A stretch of 64,000 bases of DNA from Phoronis australis (Eukaryota > Animalia > Phoronida). A model generated the notes under the pieces. The model ran no database searches and was not told the origin of the DNA. It saw nothing but the letters and a program-made list of their open reading frames with translations. The stretch is taken from assembly GCA_002633005.1 (NCBI GenBank), contig NMRA01000105.1, forward strand, positions 784,010 to 848,009, in the 5' to 3' direction. Within the stretch, counting starts at the first letter, position 1; each line of letters starts with the position of its first letter. The translations under genes and the position numbers were made by a program. This document shows, piece after piece, positions 27,001 to 39,519 of this stretch.

Positions 27001-28381
27001 TTTAATTCATCATCATCAGAGATCAAATTACTTGAAAAAGGGTTGCAAGCAACAGAATCAACTGAATCAAAACTTACTTGTAAAGAATTCACATGCAAAT
27101 GCTAGGCCTTCGTTCAATGGCAACCCGAAGTCGGTTGAGCTCACCCTTCGGGTATAGCTTTGACTTTTGCCTGTGACTGCTTTACAAGGAAGTTTTGGTT
27201 CAATTGCTTTTGTTACTTGTGACCTTGTTTGTTGTGGTTTGATATACTCCTTGAGGATGATAAATTGAACTTCATCGAAACGTTGGACTCATGTGTAAAT
27301 AAAGAATGTTAACGACAATTGTGTCAGGTTTTCTACTATTGTATCTTCCAGAATCGTCGTTTTTTGTTATTTTTTCCAGCAGTGGACTTAAAAGCAATAG
27401 CGAATTATACTTCCAGGTACTCTTTGCACTCGGCAGGATCAAAGAAAATGATATATGGCAAGACGAACCGGAATTCAAGGTACTTGAAATACTTTGGAAA
27501 TTTGTACAGTAGTTAGCCAAATATCTATTTAGTGTTTGGCTCCAGGATTGAGACAGCCAAATCAGGCTGACTATGTATTATGCGAAATGAAGAAATATTA
27601 AACACTAATAAATGCGAATATTTTTCATCTTATGAGCGCATGCATCTGACCCGTGAAAGTTCATTATAGTTTAGCTCTTCCAAAGAAGGTAAATAAGACT
27701 ATTTTGCGGCAAAGTGAGGTCACACCAGCTCCAGACCTAAGTTGAGCTGCGACTGCGCAGTAGGCAGATGTTAAGGGTAGAGCTCCACTTTGTTCCTTAA
27801 ATTGTCTTTTTGTGTTAACTGTGTAAGTTGCGGCAGAAAACACTAAACTGGGAACAGCATTCTTCGTCATCTTCACACTCACTTATATTTTTTATCTCTT
27901 TGTCATTAGTAGCTAGTCATTGACTAGAGTCGTATTTCAAAGACTGATGACTGGGATACTTTTAAGTCTGAAAAATGCTTTGCAGTGTCGATTTACCGCG
28001 CCATCTTGTGTCGGCACTCGGTTAATATGTTTTTCCAAAGACGACAGGTCTCTTCGGTCTCTGACTCTTCTGAACGTGGAGAATGGGCTTCGTTAAATGG
28101 TCGCCTCGAAAAAATATCGCAGATCGCCTGTCAAATACCTCTTTCAAAATGTATGAGCTGCGACATCGGTTTTCTTATTTCAGGATGTGCCAGCCTTGCC
28201 TGTTCTCCGCTCATTTCTAGAACGTCACACGCCCTCATCCAAGCAATTCTTGACTGGCGTATTCTACGCCCTAATCACCTTCGTTGTCGGCTACAAGCTT
28301 CGGCTGGAACAAGAGAGCCTGACAAAATGGTGGATACGCACCATAAGCAAACCAATGGAACTGCTGCTGAATAGACGCTAG
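12030..28381 (+). CDS. MAO: Flavin-containing monoamine oxidase (MAO-A/B family), paralog 1; 14 exons, 532 aa
   Basis: Exons (all GT-AG, phases compatible, total 1599 nt): 12030-12072, 13169-13404, 14678-14779, 15795-15886, 16347-16488, 17114-17174, 19160-19248, 22955-23114, 23884-23974, 24697-24808, 25998-26095, 26644-26755, 27417-27479, 28184-28381. Motifs: [12 protein letters not shown] (FAD Rossmann fold), [92 protein letters not shown], and a C-terminal hydrophobic helix. Confidence 0.95.
17493..19039. mobile_element. Decayed ISL2EU/PIF-Harbinger-group DNA transposon with THAP remnant (MAO1 intron 6)
   Basis: Imperfect TIRs tagaattttcatatgacgtcatca...cgccatgtt and aacatggcg...tgatgatgtaattgcaaacattcta. 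At 17621, [30 protein letters not shown] resembles a THAP N-terminus. A convergent minus-strand remnant near 18890 (TGIDYYEIP) resembles the second ISL2EU ORF. Confidence 0.55.
19484..22226 (+). mobile_element. Academ (AcademX-type) DNA transposon, internally deleted and decayed (MAO1 intron 7)
   Basis: About 440 bp TIRs (19484-19930 and 21780-22226) starting TAGTCAG and ending CTGACTA, with a CCT 3-bp TSD on both sides. Broken internal frames give [66 protein letters not shown] and a Cys cluster, typical of the XPG-like Academ C-terminal region. Confidence 0.8.
26968..27294. mobile_element. Penelope-type inverted-repeat (foldback) element with hammerhead-like motifs at both ends (MAO1 intron 12)
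   Basis: Two arms of about 135 bp are reverse complements. The minus strand at 27019-26983 reads CTGATGA-t-gatgaa-ttaaac-ttcatc-GAAAC-gttgg; the plus strand at 27250-27290 reads cTTGAGGA-t-gataaa-ttgaac-ttcatc-GAAAC-gttgg. Confidence 0.6.
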
Positions 28382-28664
28382 GATATAGCGATTTGTTGAA
28401 TTCTTATACATGTAATTGATAAGGACGCTTATTGGTTCATATTATTCATTTTTATTGATGAATGCCATTGGATATCTAAAATTATTGATTATAATCACAC
28501 AGTAAAGTACATTTTTACATAACTGTGAATGACTAAAATTCAATTTTGCCAGAGTGAATGTTAACTGAGTCACATTTGTAAACTTGTTGTTATGAACGAA
28601 TGTGACGACGTGGTGGTCAAATACTGTTTTCAATACTGCTGTTTTATAAACGAAGGTAAATATT

Positions 28665-28670
28665 AATAAA
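28665..28670 (+). terminator. Candidate polyadenylation signal of MAO paralog 1
   Basis: AATAAA about 285 nt after the stop codon; altered (aatgaa) in the pseudogene copy. Confidence 0.35.
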
Positions 28671-28687
28671 ATGAATTGCCACGTTTT

Positions 28688-29520
28688 CCAACTTTGATCC
28701 TCCGCTGTGACCTTATTAGTGCTCACCAGAAGTGGCGAGTTACGCTTTTGAAGTCAGTGAGTAAGTAGCAATGAAAGAAGTTTTGGAATCGGTGTCAAAA
28801 TTTTTTTAGGCATGAAAATGTCTAAAATGACGTTTTTCAAATTTGATCTTGCCTTGTGACCTTAGTTATGATCCAATTGAACTCAAACTTGATGGGCTTT
28901 AGTTTCTCAACATTCTACGTCGATCTGGGCAAGAATTCTTGAAATTGAAGACAACAATTTTTTGGCCCCAAAAAACCATAGTTTTTTTGGACGAAAAACT
29001 TTTTGTCTTCGATTTTAAAATTTCGGTTTTTATTTGAAAGGTCAATCATCCAAATGGTCAGCCCTCAAGTTTCAGAGTGATCGGCCCACTAATTAGGTAA
29101 TAGTAGCCCATCAAAATGACCCACCCAAGGGTCCTTTTTGGGTCCAAAATTATTTTGTTTTCGATTTCGAAAATTCTTTGTGCATCTGATAGCCCCTTGT
29201 CTCTCCTCTCTAGATATGTAAGTATCATACTTTTCGTGGCCTTAGTTAGGGCCCAGGAGTGCCCCAAATTGACCTACCCCTTCAAAATATCAGAAATGAT
29301 GTGCCAAAATGAGTTATATTTTGGGAAGTCATATCTTCATGACCTAAGGACTACCAAACTGAGACATTTTCGAAGCAAGGTAAAGTGCAAGTTTTCAAAT
29401 GCGTCTTATTTGTAGGCCGTTCTCTCCTTCGGGGTCAAGGTTTAAAATCAACGTCACAGACTCCCCCCTTTTATCAACTTTGGTTCTCCGCTGTGACCTT
29501 ATTAGGGCTCACCAGAAGAA
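28688..29520. mobile_element. Probable non-autonomous Helitron/Helentron-like element
   Basis: A direct repeat of about 45 bp (ctccgctgtgaccttattag.gctcaccagaag) at about 28690-28732 and 29475-29518; short hairpin ctcacca-gaag-tggcgag; tgacctt-type internal motifs. Classification is by resemblance only. Confidence 0.4.
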
Positions 29521-29932
29521 ATACTGTTAACTTTTTACTAAACTCCTGTTCAGTAACGAATTGTGAAACTTAATTTTTGTGTAAAAATGACCCAATTGAT
29601 TTTGGTTGTGATGGGTCATTTGTCCCAAACCCTGATGCAGTACGAGCCTTTGGGTGTGGTGGCGCTATTCTGCAATTGCCCGACAGCTTGATTACATTCC
29701 CAATCTGAGAAATGAAGTATTTTATGCTTTTTTTGGTGTAGCTAAAATTTTTTTCTTTCCTCATGCAACTACCTCGAAACGCATTGGGCTCTTCTTAGGA
29801 TGATTGCACAAATTCAATAAATTGACCATCAAAGTGCATATTTAATGACCCTAGGAAGAGATTCTAATGAAGCAAGTAAAAACTCATTCTCAATTTTTTA
29901 CTTAGTTTGACAAAAACGTTACTTTTGAGTAG

Positions 29933-32180
29933 TGTATGTATGTATGTATGTATGTATGTATGTATGTATGCTGTAAAAATACTACAGTACTTGTCTGGGG
30001 AAACACTCAGCCTGTGGGTTTTTGAAGACTCAAATATTATGGGGGTTGATGTTAATTTGTCATGTGCAACGTAACTTTTGTCAATTGAAAAATTAAGCAC
30101 GAGCATTTGGTTTACTTAATTTACAGTTGGAGTTGTTTTGATATCAGTAACATACACGGTAGATGTTGTCCGGAACTATACAGATATCTCGGACAAGTAT
30201 TGGCAAAATCAAATTTGTTTTCATTCACATTGCGCTTAATTCATGAACATAGTATGTGAGAATGTTAGGTTGTAATTCTGAGGTATTGGTATTGCGTACT
30301 GTAATGTATAATAATTGTCTGCAAATCATCACAATAGGGGCACTTATCAGTATCAACCACCCCTATTTTGTATAAAGTGATATTTGTAAAAATATTCCTC
30401 TATGGGAAAAGAGGTACCTGAAGTTTTTTAATTCAGGATTTATTGGGAGGCTGAAGGGTAAAAAATAAATTTCTCTAGTTTCTTTTTCATTATAATAATT
30501 ACTTAACCGCACATAAGTGTCAGGTTTTTGTGCAAAAGTATGTATAGTACAATTTTTAAACCAATCTTTACTACAACTGCTACAATTAATTAAATGAAAG
30601 TTGTTACAACCAAAAGATCTTGGTTCTAGTTCACCAAGATGCTTCCTCAATGCACTAACAACAACATTGTATTGGAATATACAAAAATTCTTGAGATTGT
30701 ATTTATTTTTGATAAAATCCCAACTAAGAATTTTATTTTCATTATCTAGAAAATCTTCAGAAAATAACAGTCCCGCTTCAAACATTTCCCGACAAAATAC
30801 GGATTTATTGCCAAGTAAAATGTTTTGAATATTCCACAACACTTGTTTGTTTTAACAAACCTATATAAAATTAAAATACCTATTAAAATAGGTATATTCT
30901 TAAAAACTTCTAAGCTTTTCAGCACTTCAGTATAAAAGGAATTGTTAATTGACATTTTCAAATTTCTTAAACGAAAGTTTGAGAAGAAAATAAGGCCACC
31001 ACCCAGAATTTAAACGTTTGACCCAGTTGAACATGAGGCTATTTTTAATTACTTGCACACTAGGATATTTCAACCCTCCTTCTTCATATGGAAGTACTGT
31101 GACAGATTTCTTTATTCTTGGTGGCTTTCCACACCAAATAAAATCTCTAATTGTTTTATATGTTTCTTTAATCCTATTTGTTGTAACTTCGATATTGGCT
31201 AAAACGTGAATCAACTTAGACAAACCGTAATTTTTACAATATGAATCCTCCCCGTGGTAGTCAAATGTCTAGTTTTCCAAATATTTGATAGATCTTTTAA
31301 TATCTGAGTTTTATTGCCATAATTTAGCTGCTCAACTTCTTTGCCATTTTGTCCGAAATATATTCCAAGACTTTTTATAGATTTTCGTGGCCAATAGATA
31401 TTGTACATTTAGGACAATGGGTACCACCTAGGGTAGAAATATATAAGCCTTCGCACTTTTCAGGATTTTAATGAAAGCCAGAAATGTCTCCAAATAATTT
31501 TAAAAATTTAAAACATTCTTTTCCGGAATTCTCGTCTTGAATGCACAAAATGGTGTCGTCCGCGTACTGTGTTATTTTGATTTCATTATTATAAGTTTTT
31601 AAACCATGAAAGTAATTATTCTTTCTGATAAAATGTGACACAAGTTCTGCACATAACACAAAAAGGGGACTTGACAGCGGATCACCCTGTCGTAAGCCTC
31701 TTTCAATGTCGAAATACCGAGTGGTGAATCCGTTATTTAACACGAAGGATGAGATTTTATTATACAATTTTTTATTTTACCTATTACCCCTTGTCCAAAA
31801 TTGAAGGCTTTTAAAGTTTTGAACATGTAATCCCAATTTAAGGTGTCGTATGCCTTCTTGAAATCCAGGAATACAATTTGGCCATGTAGTTTATTTTGTT
31901 TGTAATATTCCATCAAATCTTTAACTAATCGAATATTTTGGCCAATATACCTTTTAGGTGATGACGTTTGATCAGGGTGAATCATTTTGTCTATGTACTT
32001 ATAAATTCTATTGGCAACGGTTTTTGTGATCAATTTGTACTCACAATTTAAGAGGGAGATTGGCCTCCAGTTATCTAACAACAAAAGTTCCTCACTGTTT
32101 TTGCTTTTGGGTATAAGAGTTATGACCCTTTGTCTCTGTGACGTAGACAATTCGCCCCTCTGGAAGCTAAATTGTTGATA
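29933..32180 (-). mobile_element. 5'-truncated, frameshifted L1/Tx1-clade LINE (ORF2 RT plus zinc knuckle)
   Basis: Broken frames: NWRPISLLNCEYKLITK, FLDFKKAYD, RGLRQGDPLSSPLF, QYADD, IKSLGIYF, FIWCGKPPRIK, EGGLKYP and DKCPYC near 30345. (TACA)n at 29933-29970 may be the tail. Confidence 0.9.
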
Positions 32181-33361
32181 TTTTGCTTGTATGCCCTGTG
32201 CACTGAATTTTGCCCATTCCAAACCAAACTTACCCGACCCCCGGGATTGGTTATTTGGTGACTGGCTAATACCCTGGGCTGACCGCTAACTGGCTACCAA
32301 AGTGTTGGTAAAGCAGAATCGTTATCTTCGCCTTGTTTGACAGCTCGCAAAAATCTGACTTTTGGACGATTTTTTTCATTATGAAAACTAAATTATTCTG
32401 AATCATTTTTGTAGTTGCTGTGCTCCAAATGCTCTAAGTAAAGATATATGAATAATTTTCCTTGCCTTTTGTTTCAGTTTTACTCAGAAAAATATTCTCT
32501 TATGCAAAATCATGCATTAAGAGAATGTATAATTATGTGCACTATAAAAGTGGCTGCTACTGTAACTTATAATTCTAGTTTGTTTACTGTAATCAAGTGT
32601 AATTAGTACAGTAATAAAGCGGAATTATGTCGCACTTGGCCAAATGCGACAAAAATTGGGGAGTTATTACGGTACTAAAACGGGCTTGTATCACATTTAG
32701 CCTACGATAAGCGTTACGCCGTTAAGTTACGTGCGTAAGTTAATTCTTGTTAAAGGCGTCCAGCGTAAAGTAATTATCTACTTAATTCATTCATCAGCAG
32801 ATACCATTGAACCGAAACTTCGTGCACCTATTTCAGGATCCAAGTTCAACTTTTTACACACAGCTCTTCAGAACAGTCAAAAGCATGAAATGTAGGATCG
32901 TGATATTTTTGTGCCACTTAAGATAATTAATAATGCTGATGGAGATCACTGACTCAGAAGACCAGCTGGACATTAGTTATTGGTTCAAAATAGCTTCGCC
33001 CATTCACATCAGGGATAACACGTGATGACGACTTCTCACTTACCAGCAGTTTTACGACCACTGTATTAACTGGGAGTAATATACATACAGTTCTTTTGAT
33101 ATTGCTCCTGGGTGTTACAAATCTATCGACCGCAGTGCTAGGAATAATGAAGCCCCGGACCAAGTTTCTTAAGGACTATGATGTCAGTCACGGTTTGAAT
33201 ACCAGGCGACTTTGGTTGTACACGGTTAACGTCGTTCATTAGGTACAAGGCCGCCTAAGGGTATTATCCTTACCTTTCCTGACACAGGGCCTTTAAACCT
33301 TTCATAGCACTGTGAGAGTAAGAATTAGTGTAGAGTTGGTTTTGTTAACCTGACACCGGGC

Positions 33362-36300
33362 ATGAATTCTGTACAGGACGCACTGATCGGCAAGAGGATT
33401 CTTTTCATTGAAGAAAAAACTTTTATACGCAATGAGTCTGAAATTGCGACGTCAAAGTGGGCGAAAATAAAGAAGACGTACAATGTCTCGTGCGTCTTTT
33501 TGATATTGACTTCCACTGATTCAAATCGACTGTGGGCAAAGAAATTGCAAGATGAGGGACTAATTGATGGGTACGAGGCAACTGCTATAATACGAAAGAG
33601 AGAGGACTTCAAAGACGTTGCTAGGACACTGACAAAAATCACGGAATGGCTTGCTATTGAAGAAATACAGGTACTACTTCAACTGTTTGAAGACATTACT
33701 CGGAGTTTTCATTGACCTAAATCTCGTCACCACGTGATAACCGATAGGTTATGCACCTGAATTGAAGAGTTCGTTCTGTTTGTAGAGATTTTTCATTCAA
33801 CTTTATGGCGATTCTACGTCTGTTTGCGTGTCCTTGTCGTGTTTGCCAAAAAAAATGTATATACTATTTATCATCAAAAATTTAATTGATTCGAAGACAG
33901 GTGGGCGCAGACAGTGGGAATTTTACAAACACAGCTACCCACCTCGTTGTATACTCATGACCCTCGTCTTTTTACATATTGTTGTGCACTCAACCTTAAA
34001 GTGATTTTTAGAATGATTTATTGATACATAGTATATCATATACAAGACAGAACATTGTTAGATGCCATGTTTCAAACTGGATAATACATTATGACGCTTG
34101 AGAGCGTGATGGACGAATTTATTAAGTAGGCTATCCGGAGTTCTCATGAGAGAATCAAATTTAGATGTCGTGGGAGAATGACAAAAACGATCACTTAAGT
34201 ACTTAACCCGAAGGTCTTGGTACGCACTACTAACTAACACAACGTGATATTCGTCCTCTACACACCCAGAATTACATAACTCACACAACCTATTTTCATA
34301 GGGAATATTTGTGTGGCGACCTCTTTCCACTAGTAACGAATGATTTGAACATCGCAATCGAGTCAGAGACTGGATAAAAACACGTGGGATACCAATCATT
34401 TCTAGATAATTCTCAAGACGATACATTGTTTTGTACCTCACATAGTAAGGCAGTTTTGCGTTACATTCGATATCAGATTGCCAACCTTGCAAATTACAGT
34501 CGTTGACACGTTCTGAGAAAAAACAGTCAAGAAATACGCTTGATTTACCACACCACATCTGAAAAACCATACACAGACAGAAGTTTCCTTACAAAACTTG
34601 CCCAATTATAGGAAGATCTTCCGATCAGGTCTGACTGAAAAAGCATATCATATGCAGCTTTTACTCCAAGATTACTAGGCATCTCCAGTATTTTGAACCA
34701 GTATTTTATACAAGAAACAAAATATTTAGTAGACAATGGGAATCGACCACATTCTCCCATAATTGCCGAGTTTGAACAAGAACTGCCTACACCTAAAATG
34801 CGTTTACAAAACTTGATATGTACATTTTCCAATTGTTCATATTCCTTAAAGCCCCATATCTCAGCGCCGTAACACAGAGAGGGGTAAACTATTTTATCAA
34901 ACAAGTGAAAGGCTATTGGCGGGGGCAGATCACGACATCTTTGCTTTAATTTACAAATTGCAGAGGCAGCTTTATGTGCTTGACTAGATAAGGCTTTAAT
35001 GGTATTTGTAATGAGACACCACATCAACCAATGTTCCATTGTAAAACCATTTCTCATGTCGTCTAAGGGACCGCCACTTGCATGCCCCATGATTTGCAAA
35101 ATTCTGCCAAGCAATGAAACATACGTTGTAAGTTGATGGCGGTAGAGGAACATGACACCATATCGTCTGCGTACAATAGTGAGTTAACTGTTGGCACTTG
35201 TTCGCTGAGATATGTGCTTTTAATATTACTTTTCACACTCATTTGATCCAGAAATTCATTTAGATACAACACAAATAATAATGGACTGATCATGCAACCC
35301 TGGCGAGTACCAACAGTACAATCAAAGAACTCTGTAAGACCATCTTCAGTTTTCACACAAGTACGCAACTTACTATATATAGAGCGGATTATGTTGAAAA
35401 TTTTACCATGCACATCAATGTTTTTCAATCTATGGAAGAGAAAATTATGTGGGATTCAATCGAATGCCTTCGAGAAATCTACCAAGACACAGTAAAATCT
35501 CCCACCCTGCCGACTCAAATACTTGTGGCACATAGCTTGAAGTGTAAACACTTGGTCAATCGTAGAGTAGCCTTTTCTAAACCCAGCTTGAGACTCATAA
35601 ACTTTATCATTATTTTCAACCCAGTAATAAAGACGATTATTTAAAAGATTGGTAAAAAGTTTTCCCAAAGCAGACAACAGGGAGATACCGCTATAGTTAT
35701 TTTCGTCATTGATATTGCCTTGGAGTAAGCACTGCGTCACACCATGTCTAGGGATAATACCCAGAATCAAAAATTGCACTAAATAACTTATGCAAGACTG
35801 GCACTATCGTTACCTTTGTTCACTTCACCATTTCAAAGATCACGTCATCATAACCCCCAGCCTTGCCATTAGGCAATTGTTCAATGGCCTCATATATTTC
35901 AGAAGGCAAGAAATGAGTATTAAGATCAGATGGGAAATTGTTACTACTCGATCTTTTTACACGAACTGTCATGTTCAATCATTTCCTGCGTGGCAAATTG
36001 ACTCCACAGTCAGGAACTATATAATTTGCAACTAGTCGCACGAAGCCGACTGCGTGCTGAAGGTCAAAGCGAGGCTAATGATGAGATTTAGTAAAGTTTG
36101 ATTTCATTGGAAAGCGAAGGCCTGTAGAAAAGATGTGAACGTGTTGGCGGAGTTTAAGCAAGGAGTTTAGTACAATTCTACTATACTCCTTGGTTAAAGA
36201 TAAGAGGAAAAAGATTTTTTAAAATTTCTGTGTTATTATTAACGTTGAGAATATTCATGCATTACGTTTTGTAGATAGACGCCTGCTACAGCCATTTTGA

Positions 36301-38422
36301 TGACCTGGCACCACTTAAAATTGCAGTGAGAAATCAACTTGGACTTCCAACGGAAACTAACTCGGCTATTATGGCTGCCATATTAAAAAACGTGACCCAC
36401 GACCTCGTCCTTGGGAACAAGGAGTCCGCGAAGGTCAGTCGTTAAGTTAAAGTAGAGAAATGTGTATAATTACTTACTATTCTTGATGTTCCAAGGCCAT
36501 ACTTACAAACGAAAATGACCAGTAATGTTAACTGTTACTGACATTTGCAGTCCATCTATCTATCTACCTCTTCATCTACATGTATATTCTGATCCGTTTT
36601 CGTCCATTTAGCCTTTCGTCCGTTAATTCAATCTGATTATTTGTTCGAGTTTTCTTGTCAATCAGCGTTTCCATGCATAATCATTTATTTGCTTCTCATT
36701 TCAAAAGAAATTAAAACTTATTTGTAATTTCCCTAGTTTGGTGTGCATACGTTCTCGTGTGCCGATGAAGAAACTCTGGAAGACTGCCTGGAGCACGTGC
36801 AAACCCCGTTAGTGATGAAGACAGTAGCAGGATATGGGACCAAAGGCGCCAAAGTCGTGCACTCATTGTCGGAAGCAAAAGATTACTTCAAGACTTTAAT
36901 AAACGCTGTGATACATGGTGGACACCACGTGAAGAGCACATTGTTTTCACAAGAGGTACGCGGAAGGGCCGTTTTCAAGATCAATGTGCAAGTAGATTCT
37001 TTGGCCCAAAAATGAGAGTATCGGTGATTGCATACATGTCAAACTGCTCAGGTCCAGGCTCAAGCGCAGTTTCGGAGCCATCATTACCGTCCGTCTCTGA
37101 GTCAGAATTCGGTTAAGGCTGCTCTATATACATTCGTTAAACGAATACGATGTTCGTTTCAAACGTCTGTTTTGCCGTCAGATCAGACTTCCTATCTTCA
37201 AAGCGGAAGGAGAGGAGGGCTCGAACGAGCCCCCAATTTGCCGAAGTGGGCAAAAAGGTCCGCCTCAGAGAAACAGAAACTCCGTTAAAATGTGAAAACA
37301 AGATAAACGTTCACTAAAAAGATAGGAACTACCAAAATTCAGCGAACGCCCAATTCACAGCTCTGGTGAATGTTAGTAAAAGGTTCATATTCTCAAAAAT
37401 TAGAGCCCCCATTTTTTAGGCTGAGTGCGTGCATGATCTTCAAATGACCATAGGAATTCCACGCCCTGTGAGTAGGACAAGTACTGAACCCGCACTATTG
37501 CTATTCTCAACACTGCAATTACGTGTCGGTTTATTTCGGAGGGCACATTTCTTACTTCTGGAAATAGCTCTCGTTCTTACAGTTATCAGTAGATTGACCT
37601 GCTGTTCATCGCCGTCCACCGCTGTTAGTTGAAATATCTAGCTATACCTATTAAAATTCTAGCACCGACGATATCACGACAAATGTAACAGATTTCTTAC
37701 CATTTTTTCATTAATTATTGGTGTCTTTTAAGATTGTCGTCATGGAGTTCCTTGCTGGTGTACAGTTCGCCGTCGAAGTGATCATTTGTCAAGGAAAGCT
37801 AATAGGGGGCGTTGCTTTGAGAAGAGGCACGCTATTGCCGCCATCGTTGTTCATCACCACGTCCATTTTACCTGGGTGCAAGTCAGACGTTGAACACAAA
37901 GAAGTGATACATGCGGCATATCTTTGCTGTCGAGCTATAGGGTTGCAAAATGGAATCTATGATGTTGATCTGATGCGCACAACAGGTGGTATAAAACTAA
38001 TTGAAATAAACCCAAGGCTTGGCGGATATGAGATTTTGAAGTTTATCGAAATGGTTTACGGTATCGACCTGTTTATAGTGGATCTTGCCATCACGTGTGG
38101 AGCTCAGCTCCGTCCAGATGATATCGTTTTTCATCCCCTCGGCTGCATTGTTGCTTTCTTTACCTTTGCTGATAGAGATTGGGATAACTTAAAGCGAGTT
38201 TCATTGCAAAATAACGACCAAGATCTACGAAGTAAGAAGTTTGTTATAACTCCGTACTCGCCAATTGATAAAAGTGAGGGGTATCCAGTTTACATTTTCA
38301 CGTCATTCTGCGACTCTGAAGAGGAATGTTTCATGCATTTAAAGCACAATTTGCTGAGGATGGGATTCGTCTTAGATAACTTTGAATGCTTCTCACCGTC
38401 AATTATCCAAGGGAAGGAATAA
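33362..38422 (+). CDS. CARNS1: ATP-grasp amide/amino-acid ligase, carnosine synthase (CARNS1)-like, single catalytic domain; 4 exons, 458 aa
   Basis: Exons 33362-33670, 36275-36433 (not in the ORF track: IDACYSHFDDLAPLKIAVRNQLGLP...), 36737-36955, 37733-38422; all phase 0, GT-AG, total 1377 nt. Motifs PLVMKTVAGYGTKGAKVV, VMEFLAG and AAYLCCRAIGLQNGIYDVDLM...IKLIEINPRLGG...VYGIDL match the CARNS1 C-terminal ATP-grasp domain as I recall it. In-frame upstream stop at 33326. Orthology to CARNS1 is not established; the symbol denotes family only. Confidence 0.85.
34005..36033 (-). mobile_element. 5'-truncated, frameshifted RTE-X-like LINE in intron 1 of the ATP-grasp gene
   Basis: QAGFRKGYSTIDQVF, VDFSKAFD, GTRQGCMISPLLF, LLYADD, YGAEIWG, GECGRFPL, RLRCSNHSLLVERGR...RLCELC...EDEYH; minus-strand AATAAA at 34022-34017. 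Confidence 0.88.
37228..37320 (+). repeat. Partial copy of MITE family B
   Basis: Near-identical to 2382-2465. Confidence 0.7.
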
Positions 38423-38987
38423 ACTTTATATTAAATTTTCATGCTGAAATAGATTTTACACTGGGGGGTGGGATTGATACCTGTGCAGTTACTGCTTGAG
38501 CCTGTCACTATTTTCTCACAATATATGACGTAAACACAATAACTGTGTTGGTGATTTTCTCTATAATGATGAATTACATGTACTATCTTGAAGCCCATTG
38601 CGCGGCTACAAATAGTTTTTCTTTTCTTTCAACGTATGAAAGACATAGAATTTTTGTGGGTGCACGCAACTTCCGCTCCCTCTCAATGTTCTCTATTTAT
38701 TATTCTCTTCATTAGCACAATGAAAAAAGCAAGAGCTTGACAAAGTGTTGACGTTCCTCCACATTGGAGTATTAACATAACTAAATGACCATCAATCAAA
38801 TCAGCTGACCACCAAATGGACAATTGGTGGTGCTAAAATAGTAAGAAATAATTTTAAAAAAAACAAGTTATGGTCAGCCGTCAGTTAAGACAACGTTAAG
38901 AACGAACCGGGGATCATTTCCAGCGTTTAAACGTGTCTAGATTGAAGTAATTGCTACAGAATCGAAATTTGATGCTATACAGACACC

Positions 38988-39345
38988 TTATAATAATAAC
39001 CACCGGCCAATTCTAACAAATACATGCATTTAAAGCCAAGTTTCACCAAAGTCCCTACAGACAATGAACAAAGATTATCTCCTCGATAATTAAATTGGGG
39101 ATGTCTGACAGACCCATAATATAATTGCAGGCTGTCTAGTACAGGCTGTGCCAGACGAGCGCAGGCCTCGCATCTGGGCCCATTGCACTGATCACCTGGA
39201 ACCATTTTTATGATTTATTAATACATAGTTAAAACCGAGCTGGGGAGCTAGAGACCTGACTCAAGGGTCTAGCAGTGTGCCCTAGTGGGACTCGAACCCA
39301 CGAATCGCAAGCGCACACTTATCCCACTTGGTCACACTGCGTCCT
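38988..39345 (-). mobile_element. tRNA-derived SINE
   Basis: Minus-strand A-box TGACCAAGTGG (39334-39324) and B-box GGTTCGAGTCC (39298-39288), no complete cloverleaf, about 300 bp body, short (TTA)n tail near 38990. Confidence 0.6.
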
Positions 39346-39410
39346 CTGGCGGACTCGGCGCATAGTTTCTTTATCTCTCATAGGCTAGGTAGTGATCAGT
39401 GGCATGGGGA

Positions 39411-39457
39411 GTTGATGTATGCACAAGTTGATGTATGCACAAGTTGATGTATGCACA
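39411..39457. repeat. 16-bp tandem repeat x3 (gttgatgtatgcacaa)
   Basis: Seen directly. Confidence 0.9.
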
Positions 39458-39519
39458 GTTTATTCGTGGTATTTGTGCCATGAACTCAAATTTTTCGAAT
39501 CAGTCCTTTGGCTGCCATT

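Noticed and set aside
39270-39345. tRNA gene
   Set aside because: A and B boxes are present, but there is no proper anticodon arm or acceptor stem; treated as a SINE head.
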